This document shows, piece after piece, positions 21,772-30,124 of a DNA stretch of 64,000 nucleotides (within the stretch, counting starts at the first letter, position 1; each line of letters opens with the position of its first letter). A model generated the notes under the pieces. It saw nothing but the letters and a program-made list of their open reading frames with translations. It had not been told where the DNA came from and made no database searches. The stretch spans positions 2,528,001-2,592,000 of the forward strand of contig OX638340.1 in assembly GCA_951812955.1 (NCBI GenBank). Direction: 5' to 3'. The DNA is from an uncultured Gemmatimonadota bacterium. GTDB lineage: Bacteria > JAAXHH01. The position numbers and the translations under genes are program-made.

Positions 21772-23055
21772 CTAACAACTTCTACCACCATTACAGTAAC
21801 AACCTACATAGCCCCACACATATGCATCCCCACAGTCATCATAATAACTACAATATACGCGATGGGCCAGGACCGCATAGGCAAAGGAGAAGGGCAACGC
21901 GCACTGCAACCCCACGTGGACGATTCGATCGAGCATCCAGACTATCACGGGTAGGGCTGGACCGGATGCCGGAACCAGACCCCAAGAGGACAGGAGCGTG
22001 CCGGGTTTCGTGATTGTCCACATCGGCGCGAGGATGAGGGCCAGGATGAATCCGGCCTCGATAATCTGGAGGCGTATGCGCTGTTGCTGGCTCGCCACGA
22101 AACGCTGGGCAATCAGTAGGCATCCTGTTAAGATAACAACGAGGAGAGGAAACATTGGAACGGGAATGGGCTCAACTATGCGGACGACGAACTGCGCAAT
22201 CTCATTATTCCAACCATGGGTGATGCTCAGTAAGTAGATCGAATGTAAGACTATCCACACAAAGAGAGGCGTCAGGATGAACAATGCTTTTTTTCGTAAC
22301 CATTCTCCAAAGACAGACGAACTTGGAAAAACAGTTAATATCTGAAAGATAAGAACAGTTTCCAGGATTGTTGCTAATACGACGATGTATATACTGAGCG
22401 ATAGTAACCAAACCGGCCATCCTGCGATCATGGGATGAAAGGCAGGAGACGATGTGAGCGCCGTAGCGAGGAAGAGCAACGCGCATCGAAAGGCGATGAC
22501 GTTTAGATGACTGCGGAATCCCATCCAAGTACCAAAACCTAACAGCACGATCGGGAAGATCAGAAAGGGTCCTCTTTGGAACCAGGTCATCTCCGCGACA
22601 CCCATCACAATCTCCTGCTGATCAACCTGTAGGGTGTAAGGTACCTCTTCGATCTCCTCAAGTGTCATGATACCGGTATGTATCCGATCTTCGCGAAGCC
22701 AGACGATTTCGATACGTTCTCCGGGTTGACTTTGCAAACGTGCCTGGAAATAGGCTTCTGGTCGTGATCTCAGGTCGATTCCATTTACCGATATGATCCG
22801 GTCGCCCGACTGTATTCCTGCCAGGTCGGCCGGACTTCCGTTCTCGATCTGTACTGCGATGATACCTTCGTCTTGGCGAATCCGGACGAGATGAAACCAC
22901 GTACCTTCCTGTAGATTGCTAACGGCGCTCTTCGTCAACCCCGGCGTTTGTATCATCTCGCTACCAAAAAATTGAATGCCGGGCGACCAGTGTTCGATCT
23001 GCGTGAATCGAACAAGTGTCCACGCCACCAGACCCAATTGCATGCATAGCAGCAA
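21772..23055 (-). CDS. PDZ-domain polytopic membrane protein with a Cys/Tyr/Gly-rich tail
   Basis: PDZ-like segment GIIAVQIENGSPADLAGIQSGDRIISVNGIDL, followed by ~8 hydrophobic helices. The tail is YCSYYDDCGDAYVWGYVGCYCNGGRSC. The TTG start is uncertain, because the frame is open 17 codons further upstream with no canonical start. Confidence 0.6.
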   Translation of the reverse strand: MLLCMQLGLVAWTLVRFTQIEHWSPGIQFFGSEMIQTPGLTKSAVSNLQEGTWFHLVRIRQDEGIIAVQIENGSPADLAGIQSGDRIISVNGIDLRSRPEAYFQARLQSQPGERIEIVWLREDRIHTGIMTLEEIEEVPYTLQVDQQEIVMGVAEMTWFQRGPFLIFPIVLLGFGTWMGFRSHLNVIAFRCALLFLATALTSSPAFHPMIAGWPVWLLSLSIYIVVLATILETVLIFQILTVFPSSSVFGEWLRKKALFILTPLFVWIVLHSIYLLSITHGWNNEIAQFVVRIVEPIPVPMFPLLVVILTGCLLIAQRFVASQQQRIRLQIIEAGFILALILAPMWTITKPGTLLSSWGLVPASGPALPVIVWMLDRIVHVGLQCALPFSFAYAVLAHRVYCSYYDDCGDAYVWGYVGCYCNGGRSC

Positions 23056-23506
23056 GGCAAGTGTACAAACTATGAGATATCGATAGTTGAAAAACTTCAG
23101 TTGAGATCACCCCTGAGACTATGGACTGGATTCCGCAATACATGTTGCGTTGTGCCGACAATCGCCGTAAAGAGTTCAATTATAGACTATTCAGAGAAGA
23201 CGTGTCGGCAGCTTTGAAGAAATGTTACGAAACAGTAAGTGTCAAGAAAGTGCTGGTCACTGGTATTAGTCGTTACAAGGACCAGAACGAGGTCTTGTAG
23301 AAAATACTGGTCTAAACTAACACGGAATAGGAAAGGGAAGGTATTGCGAAACTATTGCTTGCGTTGTAGAACCGGCCATTCAACTCTGTGTGGTCGATTC
23401 AACCTGGCGGACCGCAGGTCGATTGGATTGTTCTTAAGGCTTTTTCAACTCGATTGTGTATCGTAGCCACGAGTTTTTAGCCGAAACAAAGCGACGCCCT
23501 TAAAAC

Positions 23507-23536
23507 TTGACACCAGAAGCTGGATCGCAACATATT
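23507..23536 (+). promoter_or_regulatory. possible sigma70-type promoter upstream of the EF-G paralog
   Basis: TTGACA at 23507-23512, an 18-bp spacer, and CATATT at 23531-23536. It is ~80 nt upstream of the start codon. Weak -10. Confidence 0.25.
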
Positions 23537-23614
23537 AGAGTTTTCCCGGTGAGTTGCCTTGTTTGAACTTTAAATGACTCGTAGAACGGAAGAGAGCGGT
23601 CCTGAAGAGGAGGA

Positions 23615-25696
23615 GTGTTCGTGAAGGAATATCGCATCGAAAACATCAGAAACATATGCCTCGCGGGCCACGGGGGGAGCGGCAAGACCTCCCTGGCGGA
23701 AGCCATGCTCTTCAACGCCGGCGCCACGAACCGCCTGGGCAGCGTGGACGATGGCAACACGGTTTCCGACTACCGCGAGGAAGAGATCGAGCACCGCATT
23801 TCGATGAACCTCACACCCCTTCACTTCGAGTGGAACGAACAGAACCTCCACGTGATCGACACCCCGGGATATTCCGATTTCACCAGCGAGGTGCACTGCG
23901 CGATGCGCGTCTCGGACAACGTGGCTATCGTGGTCAAGGCCATCGAAGGCATCGAGGTGGAGACCGAACGCGCCTGGGAATATACAGAACAGTACGGCCT
24001 GCCCCGCATGGTGGTGGTCAACCTGCTGGATAAGGAACACGCCGACTTCTACGACGTGCTGGGCCGCATCCAGGAACGGTTCGGCACGCAGGCCGTCCCC
24101 CTGCAAATCCCCATCGGCGAAGGCGAAGGCTTCGCGGGCGTTGTCGACCTGGTCGCCATGGAGGCGGTGACCTCTGAAGACGGCAAGGACAGCCGCGGCG
24201 AAATCCCCGGCGATCTCGCTGACCTGGCGGAGGAGTACCGTGAAAAGCTCATGGAGGCGGTGGCGGAATCCGACGATGGGCTGCTCGAGGTTTACTTCGA
24301 AGAAGGCGCATTGTCCGATGAGCAGCTCCTGGAAGGACTGCGAAAGGGTGTGCGGGAAGGCGCCATTTACCCCGTCATGGCGACATCGGCTACGCGGAAT
24401 ATCGGGGTCTCCGGCGTGATGGACGCGGTGGGAGCGTACCTGGCCTGCCCTGCGGACCGGCCGCCGGTTACGGTCACCCCTTCGGGAGGAGACGAAGAAA
24501 TCGCCCTGGATTCCGATCCATCCGGGCCCCTGGCGGCCCTTGTTTTCAAGACGGTTTCCGAAGCCCATATCGGAGAACTCACCTATTTCCGAGTGTATTC
24601 CGGCGAGATCAAGCACGGCGGCGACGTCTACAACTCGTCCAAGAACACGGCGGAGCGGTTCGGTCAGATCTACCAGACGAACGGCCACGAGCGGCATGAA
24701 CTGAACGTCATCCGCGCCGGCGAGATCGGGGCGACGGTCAAGCTGAAGGATACCCACACCGGCGACTCGCTCAGTACGAGACAGAAAACCTTCGACCTGG
24801 AGTGGGTGAACTTCTCCGAGCCCGTGGCGAACGTGGCCGTCCTGCCAAAGAGCAAGGAAGACGAGGAGAAGATCAGCACCGGCCTCTCCCGGCTGCACGA
24901 GGAAGATCCCTCCTTTACCTTCCAGTTCAACAGCGAGATCAAGCAGCTGATCCTGGCCGGGGCCGGCGAAATGCACCTGGACCTCATCGTCGAGCGGCTC
25001 AGCCGCCGTTTCGGCGTGGAAGTCGAGATGGTGCAGCCGCGCATTCCCTACCGCGAAGCAATCAAGGGCAAGTCCGAGGCCCAGGGCCGGTTCAAACGGC
25101 AGAGCGGAGGTCGCGGACAGTTCGGCGACGTCTGGCTGCGCGTGGAACCCAGGCATCGCGGCGACGGTTACGAATTCGACAACGGCATCGTCGGCGGAGC
25201 CGTCCCCAGCCGCTTCATTCCGGCGGTGGACAAGGGCATCCAGGAGGCCATGGTGGAGGGCGTGATGGCCAAGTATCCCGTGGTCGATCTGAAGGCCACG
25301 TTGTACGATGGCTCCTTCCACACGGTCGATTCATCCGAAATGGCCTTCAAGGTCGCCGCGTCCATGGGATTCAAGAAGGCCTTCATGGAAGCCCGGCCCG
25401 TCCTGCTCGAACCGATCTACGAAGTGGACGTGGTCGTCCCGGAAGACTATATGGGCGACGTCATGGGAGATCTTTCCAGCCGGCGCGGACGCATCCTGGG
25501 CATGTCGCCGCGGGGGAGCAACCAGGTGGTGCGGGCCGAAGTGCCCCTGGCCGAACTGTACAGGTACTCGACCGTGTTGCGATCGATAACGCACGGGCGC
25601 GGCAGCCACGCACGGAAATTCGTCCGCTACGAGGAAATACCGAAGGAAATCGAGAACAAGGTCATCGAAGAGGCCAAGACCCAGGAAGAGGACTGA
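23615..25696 (+). CDS. elongation factor G family GTPase (EF-G paralog)
   Basis: G1 AGHGGSGKTS, DTPGYSDF, and NLLDKE, with full EF-G domain length (693 aa). RBS GAGGAGG. The start may be the GTG at 23621. Confidence 0.85.
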   Translation: MFVKEYRIENIRNICLAGHGGSGKTSLAEAMLFNAGATNRLGSVDDGNTVSDYREEEIEHRISMNLTPLHFEWNEQNLHVIDTPGYSDFTSEVHCAMRVSDNVAIVVKAIEGIEVETERAWEYTEQYGLPRMVVVNLLDKEHADFYDVLGRIQERFGTQAVPLQIPIGEGEGFAGVVDLVAMEAVTSEDGKDSRGEIPGDLADLAEEYREKLMEAVAESDDGLLEVYFEEGALSDEQLLEGLRKGVREGAIYPVMATSATRNIGVSGVMDAVGAYLACPADRPPVTVTPSGGDEEIALDSDPSGPLAALVFKTVSEAHIGELTYFRVYSGEIKHGGDVYNSSKNTAERFGQIYQTNGHERHELNVIRAGEIGATVKLKDTHTGDSLSTRQKTFDLEWVNFSEPVANVAVLPKSKEDEEKISTGLSRLHEEDPSFTFQFNSEIKQLILAGAGEMHLDLIVERLSRRFGVEVEMVQPRIPYREAIKGKSEAQGRFKRQSGGRGQFGDVWLRVEPRHRGDGYEFDNGIVGGAVPSRFIPAVDKGIQEAMVEGVMAKYPVVDLKATLYDGSFHTVDSSEMAFKVAASMGFKKAFMEARPVLLEPIYEVDVVVPEDYMGDVMGDLSSRRGRILGMSPRGSNQVVRAEVPLAELYRYSTVLRSITHGRGSHARKFVRYEEIPKEIENKVIEEAKTQEED

Positions 25697-25802
25697 CCGC
25701 CGGGCGTCGGTACGGAGTAATATAATAGGTAAGGCGGGCCGTTCGGGCCGGCCGGAGTGACCGAGGCGGGCTGTTCGGGTCGCCACAGGGAAGCATGGAT
25801 AC

Positions 25803-26783
25803 ATGGAACCCTTACTGAAAGTTGAGAACCTTTCGACCCACTTCTTGACCCGCAACGGCGCGGTGCGGGCCGTGGACGACGTCAGTTTCGACGTGGCGGA
25901 AGGGGAAACGGTGGGCATCGTGGGGGAGAGCGGATGCGGCAAGAGCGCCACCGTGCTGTCCATCATGCGGCTCATCCCGAGTCCTCCGGGCCGCATCGTC
26001 AACGGCAACATCCTGTTCAGGCCGGGGGCCGACGAACCAGCGGTCGACCTGCGCAACATTTCGGAACGCGAAATGCAGAAAATCCGGGGCAATATCGTCT
26101 CCATGGTGTTCCAGGATCCGATGACGTCCCTCAACCCGGTGCTGACCATAGGATGGCAGCTGCGGGAACCCCTCCAGCTGCATCTCGGCCTCGACAAGAA
26201 AGAGGCCACGGACCGCAGCATCGAACTGCTGCAGATGGTCAACATCCCGAGCCCGGAACAGCGCCTCAACGACTACCCCCACCAGTTCAGCGGGGGCATG
26301 AGGCAGCGCGTGATGATCGCCATGGCCATCGCGTGCAACCCGAAACTGCTTATCGCGGACGAGCCGACCACGGCGCTGGACGTCACCATCCAGGCGCAGA
26401 TCCTGGAGCTGATGATGAAGCTGCAGGAAGAACTGAACATGTCCGTCGTCATCATCACCCACGACCTCGGGGTCGTGGGCGAGGTGTGCGACCGGGTGAT
26501 CGTCATGTACGCCGGCCGGATCATCGAATCGGGCCCGGTGGATACGCTGCTCGACGATCCCAAGCATCCCTACACGCACGGACTGCTCCAGTCCGTTCCC
26601 AAGCTCGGCGCCACGGTGAAGGAGCGCATGGAACCCATCGACGGGCTGCCGCCGAACCTGATCAACCTGCCTGCCGGCTGCCGGTTTGCGCCGCGGTGCC
26701 CCAGCCGATTCGATCTGTGCGGCGACGATCCGGATTTGAAGGACGTGGCGCAGGGACACGACTGCGCCTGCTGGCTGTACTGA
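25803..26783 (+). CDS. oligopeptide/dipeptide-type ABC transporter ATP-binding protein (OppD/DppD-like)
   Basis: GESGCGKS Walker [27 protein letters not shown], and the C-terminal HPYT...PxGCxFxxRC motif typical of Opp/Dpp ATPases. Confidence 0.85.
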   Translation: MEPLLKVENLSTHFLTRNGAVRAVDDVSFDVAEGETVGIVGESGCGKSATVLSIMRLIPSPPGRIVNGNILFRPGADEPAVDLRNISEREMQKIRGNIVSMVFQDPMTSLNPVLTIGWQLREPLQLHLGLDKKEATDRSIELLQMVNIPSPEQRLNDYPHQFSGGMRQRVMIAMAIACNPKLLIADEPTTALDVTIQAQILELMMKLQEELNMSVVIITHDLGVVGEVCDRVIVMYAGRIIESGPVDTLLDDPKHPYTHGLLQSVPKLGATVKERMEPIDGLPPNLINLPAGCRFAPRCPSRFDLCGDDPDLKDVAQGHDCACWLY

Positions 26784-26843
26784 CTCAGGCCGCACTAATG
26801 CCGGCTATACTGACTCAGACCGCATGCAATCCTGGAGGACGCG

Positions 26844-27812
26844 TTGAACGAGCCCCTGCTGCAACTGGATAACCTGGTCAAGCACTTCGAGCTGGAAGAA
26901 GGCCTGGGCCGCACGCAAGAAGGCGGCACCGTGCGGGCGCTGGACGGCGTTTCCTTCTCCATCGACCGGGGCGAAACTTTCGGACTGGTGGGAGAAAGCG
27001 GCTGCGGAAAATCCACCCTGGGCCTGACCTTGCTGCAGCTCTACCGGCCCACGGCGGGAAAAGTCCTCTTCGAAAGCAACGACCTGGCGGCCATGTCCGA
27101 AAACGAACTGAAGCCCGTCCGCAAGCGTCTGCAGATGATCTTCCAGGACCCCTACGCCTCCCTGGACCCGCGCATGACGGTGGGGAATATCGTGCAGGAA
27201 CCCCTCGACATCCATCGCGTGGGCAACCGGGAAGAACGGAAGGCGAGACTCGTCAGCCTGCTCGATATGGTCGGACTGAGCGAAGCCTACGTGGACCGCT
27301 ATCCCCATGAGTTCAGCGGTGGCCAGCGGCAACGCATCGGAATCGCCCGGGCGATCGCGCTGAACCCGAGCCTCATTATCTGCGACGAGCCCGTATCCGC
27401 ACTGGACGTGTCTATACAGGTCCAGATCCTGAACCTGCTCCAGGACTTGCAGACCGAGCTGAACCTGACCTACTTGTTCATCGCCCACAACCTGGCCGTC
27501 GTCGCCCACATCAGCGATCGCATCGGGGTCATGTACCTCGGCAAGCTCATCGAGTCGGGACGGACCTCCGATGTGACGGACAACGCCCAGCACCCCTATA
27601 CGCAGAGCCTGCTGTCCGCCGTGCCGGAAATCAGCAAACGTCGCCAGAAGCAGCGCATCCAACTGACAGGAGACGTTCCCAGTCCGGTCAACCCGCCTTC
27701 GGGCTGCCGTTTTCATCCCCGCTGCCCCATCGCGAAGGCCGATTGCGCCGAGCACGAACCGGAACTCAAACAGAATGACAGCGGCCACTGGGTGGCCTGT
27801 CATTACGCCTGA
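26844..27812 (+). CDS. oligopeptide/dipeptide-type ABC transporter ATP-binding protein (OppF/DppF-like)
   Basis: [43 protein letters not shown], and PSGCRFHPRCP. TTG start with GGAGGA upstream. Confidence 0.85.
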   Translation: MNEPLLQLDNLVKHFELEEGLGRTQEGGTVRALDGVSFSIDRGETFGLVGESGCGKSTLGLTLLQLYRPTAGKVLFESNDLAAMSENELKPVRKRLQMIFQDPYASLDPRMTVGNIVQEPLDIHRVGNREERKARLVSLLDMVGLSEAYVDRYPHEFSGGQRQRIGIARAIALNPSLIICDEPVSALDVSIQVQILNLLQDLQTELNLTYLFIAHNLAVVAHISDRIGVMYLGKLIESGRTSDVTDNAQHPYTQSLLSAVPEISKRRQKQRIQLTGDVPSPVNPPSGCRFHPRCPIAKADCAEHEPELKQNDSGHWVACHYA

Positions 27813-27841
27813 AGCGCCACGCCTGACCCATTAATCCGAAC

Positions 27842-28936
27842 ATGTCTTCTTCCCTTTCCGGCGAGTCGAACCGAATGCGTTACGATGTCATTACATTCGG
27901 CGAGACCATGATCCGGTATTCGCCGGTGGACGGCCAGATGCTGGAACAGGCCGATTACCTGCGGGCCGATCCGGCGGGCACGGAATCCAACATGGCCGTG
28001 GCCCTGGCCAGGATGGGCGCCGACGTGGCCTGGGTCTCCGCCCTCCCGGATCATCCCGCGGGGCGGTGGATCGCCTCCCGCCTGGCCCTTCACGGCGTGG
28101 ACACGTCCCACGTGGCGTGGTCGGATGGGCGGGCCGATCGGAACGGGCAGACTAGCGGGGCAGGGCAGACTGGCGGGGCCGGGCAGGCCTTAGGACCCAT
28201 GGATTCCACGCGGCCCGAGCGGGCCATGCGGACCGGCGTATTCTTTCTCGAACCCGGCACACCGCCGAGAGGCAGCCGGGTCGTCTACGACCGAGCCGGT
28301 TCCGCCGCAACCAGAATGACGAGCGAGATGGTGGAACGGGCGCTGCGGTCCGGCGCCCGAATCGTGCATACGTCCGGCATCACGGCTTCCCTGGGCCCGG
28401 CGTGCCTCGAAACCGTCACCCGGATCCTGGAAAAACGGTCGGAGGGCGGATACCGGACGTCCTTCGACATCAACTACCGGGCCAAGCTGTGGTCGCCCGA
28501 GCAGGCACGCGAGGTCCTGGACACCTTGCTGGCCCAGGTCGACATCCTGGTGTCGACGTCCGACGACGCAGCGTTGATCTTCGGGCTGGACGGCGCGCCG
28601 GAGGCAACCATCGACGCCTTCCACGCGCGGTTCGGGAACGAAATTATCGTGCTGACGCTGGCCGAGGGCGGGGCCGTAGGCTGGTCCGCGGAGACCGGCT
28701 TTCTCTACACGAAGCCCTACGTGGTGGAACCGGTCGACCGGCTTGGCGCCGGGGATGCCTTCGATGCCGGTCTGCTGTACGGCCTGCTGCGGAAAGATCT
28801 CCCGACCGGGCTTTCCTACGGCACCGCGCTGTCCGCGCTGTCCTTTTCGGAACGGGGCGACGTGACGTGGGCTACGCTGGAGGAAGTGAAGGGGATGGCC
28901 CGTCCGGTCGGTCGCACGCGGTCCGCTGGATCATGA
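27842..28936 (+). CDS. PfkB-family sugar kinase (KdgK-like) carrying a ~35-aa low-complexity insertion
   Basis: DVITFGETMIRYSP..., ...GAGDAFDAGLLYGLL near the C-terminus, and an NxxE-type region. The start could be the internal MRYDV (27878). Confidence 0.75.
   Translation: MSSSLSGESNRMRYDVITFGETMIRYSPVDGQMLEQADYLRADPAGTESNMAVALARMGADVAWVSALPDHPAGRWIASRLALHGVDTSHVAWSDGRADRNGQTSGAGQTGGAGQALGPMDSTRPERAMRTGVFFLEPGTPPRGSRVVYDRAGSAATRMTSEMVERALRSGARIVHTSGITASLGPACLETVTRILEKRSEGGYRTSFDINYRAKLWSPEQAREVLDTLLAQVDILVSTSDDAALIFGLDGAPEATIDAFHARFGNEIIVLTLAEGGAVGWSAETGFLYTKPYVVEPVDRLGAGDAFDAGLLYGLLRKDLPTGLSYGTALSALSFSERGDVTWATLEEVKGMARPVGRTRSAGS
28145..28189. repeat. in-frame 18-bp tandem repeat (2.5 copies) inside the PfkB kinase
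   Basis: GGGCAGACTAGCGGGGCA / GGGCAGACTGGCGGGGCC / GGGCAGGCC, encoding GQTSGAGQTGGAGQA. Confidence 0.85.
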
Positions 28937-30120
28937 AGACGAAAGCAACTCCCAACACGCCCATCCGGAAGCCGGTCATGACGACCGTGGGTATACTGAG
29001 CCGCCGCGCACCCAATGAAGCAGGCCGCCCCTTCGGTCCACCCACGGGGTTTTTCGTGGAGTGCTGCCAGGCCGCTGCGAAGCTCGACCTGCGCGCGGTG
29101 GTATTCGACGCGTTGGACGTGGATCCCGGGAAAGGCACGATAAAGCCGGCCACGGTCGTGGACGGCAGGTGGGTCGAATGCGGCCTTGAACCTTTTCCGA
29201 CGGTCATATACGACCGCGCGCCCGTGGTCGATCCGGCCGGTTCAGCCGCGGCGGAGCCGGTGCGGAGTCTGTTCGACCGGGCCGGTATCTCTTTCGTGAA
29301 TCCCCTCCCGTTCATCCGCCTGGCCGCCGACAAGCTGGAAACGTACCGGCGCATGTCGGACGGCGGTCTCCCCGTGGCGCATACCGCCCCGCTCGATGAG
29401 CAGTCTCTGCGGACTTTTCTGTCCCGCTACGATCATGTGTACGTCAAGCCGAGGGCGGGGTCCCAGGGAACGGGCGTCATCGAAGTCGTACGGACCGGGG
29501 ATGGGTGCCATGTCATACGGACGCTGGCCGCTACCTACGAGTTACGAGGCGCGCAACCGGCGAGGGACCGGATCATGGACCTGGCCGGCCACGGCCCAAC
29601 AGGAGCTCTCGACTGCCTGGTGCAGCAGGGGATATCGGCCGAACCCCCGGGCGAAAGGCGCTTCCCTCGGTTCGACCTGCGGTTGCTGATGCAGAAGAAC
29701 GGCCATGCACGGTGTATACTGACCGGCCTGGTTGCCCGTATCAGCCAGACAAGCGGTCCTACGACCAACCTGAGCAACGGCGCCCGCTCAGAAGAGGCGG
29801 AACCCCTGCTCGACGCGCTTTATGGCCGGTCTATGCGTAAGGAGGTCCTGCGCCGCGCCGCGAAGGCGTCTCACGCGACGTGCGGGTTGATGGAGTCGGA
29901 GCTGGGACCCATCGGGGAAGTGGGACTCGATATCGTGCCGGACGCCGCCGGCATGCCCTGGATTATCGAAGTCAACGCCCGCCCCGGCAGGAACGTGTTC
30001 AAGCGCATTGCCGACAGCGCGGACGTTTCTGCACCGGCGCGCCGGCGTTTCGGCGCGATACGGCGCAGCGCCGTGTCCCGCCCCTTCGAGTATGCGAAGA
30101 CCCTGGCCAGCACGGGATGA
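28933..30120 (+). CDS. YheC/YheD-family ATP-grasp protein
   Basis: The start ATG overlaps the kinase stop (ATGA). ...DKLETYRRM...VYVKPRAGSQGTGVIEV...DLRLLMQKNG...ARISQTSGPTTNLSNGA...VGLDIVPDAAGMPWIIEVNARPG resembles the YheC/D ATP-grasp family. The listed ORF 28402.. is an upstream open-frame extension. Confidence 0.65.
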   Translation: MKTKATPNTPIRKPVMTTVGILSRRAPNEAGRPFGPPTGFFVECCQAAAKLDLRAVVFDALDVDPGKGTIKPATVVDGRWVECGLEPFPTVIYDRAPVVDPAGSAAAEPVRSLFDRAGISFVNPLPFIRLAADKLETYRRMSDGGLPVAHTAPLDEQSLRTFLSRYDHVYVKPRAGSQGTGVIEVVRTGDGCHVIRTLAATYELRGAQPARDRIMDLAGHGPTGALDCLVQQGISAEPPGERRFPRFDLRLLMQKNGHARCILTGLVARISQTSGPTTNLSNGARSEEAEPLLDALYGRSMRKEVLRRAAKASHATCGLMESELGPIGEVGLDIVPDAAGMPWIIEVNARPGRNVFKRIADSADVSAPARRRFGAIRRSAVSRPFEYAKTLASTG

Positions 30121-30124
30121 GCGT

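Noticed and set aside
23570-25321. 583-aa ORF on the minus strand
   Set aside because: It lies fully antisense to the well-supported EF-G paralog. The translation is low-complexity (G/A/V/H/D/L-rich) with no recognisable motifs. This is a typical shadow ORF of high-GC DNA.
25735-25750. 16-nt string CGGGCCGTTCGGGCCG shared with ispD (44136-44151) and resembling the CGTTCGGG cores of the 34062 array, as a possible dispersed REP-like element
   Set aside because: By my rough estimate, about one chance 16-mer match is expected in 64 kb on both strands, and more in GC-biased sequence. There is no flanking similarity or hairpin potential.
25812-27803. Minus-strand ORFs 25812..26795 and 26805..27803, and plus-strand alternate-frame ORF 25934..26872
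   Set aside because: They overlap the two Opp/Dpp-type ATPase genes, which have complete Walker and signature motifs. The alternates are compositionally biased shadow frames.
28402-28932. N-terminal 177-aa extension of the YheC/D ORF
   Set aside because: It overlaps the PfkB kinase in another frame and is Arg/Gly/Pro-rich. The ATG at 28933 forms an ATGA stop/start overlap, and the family-like sequence begins there.
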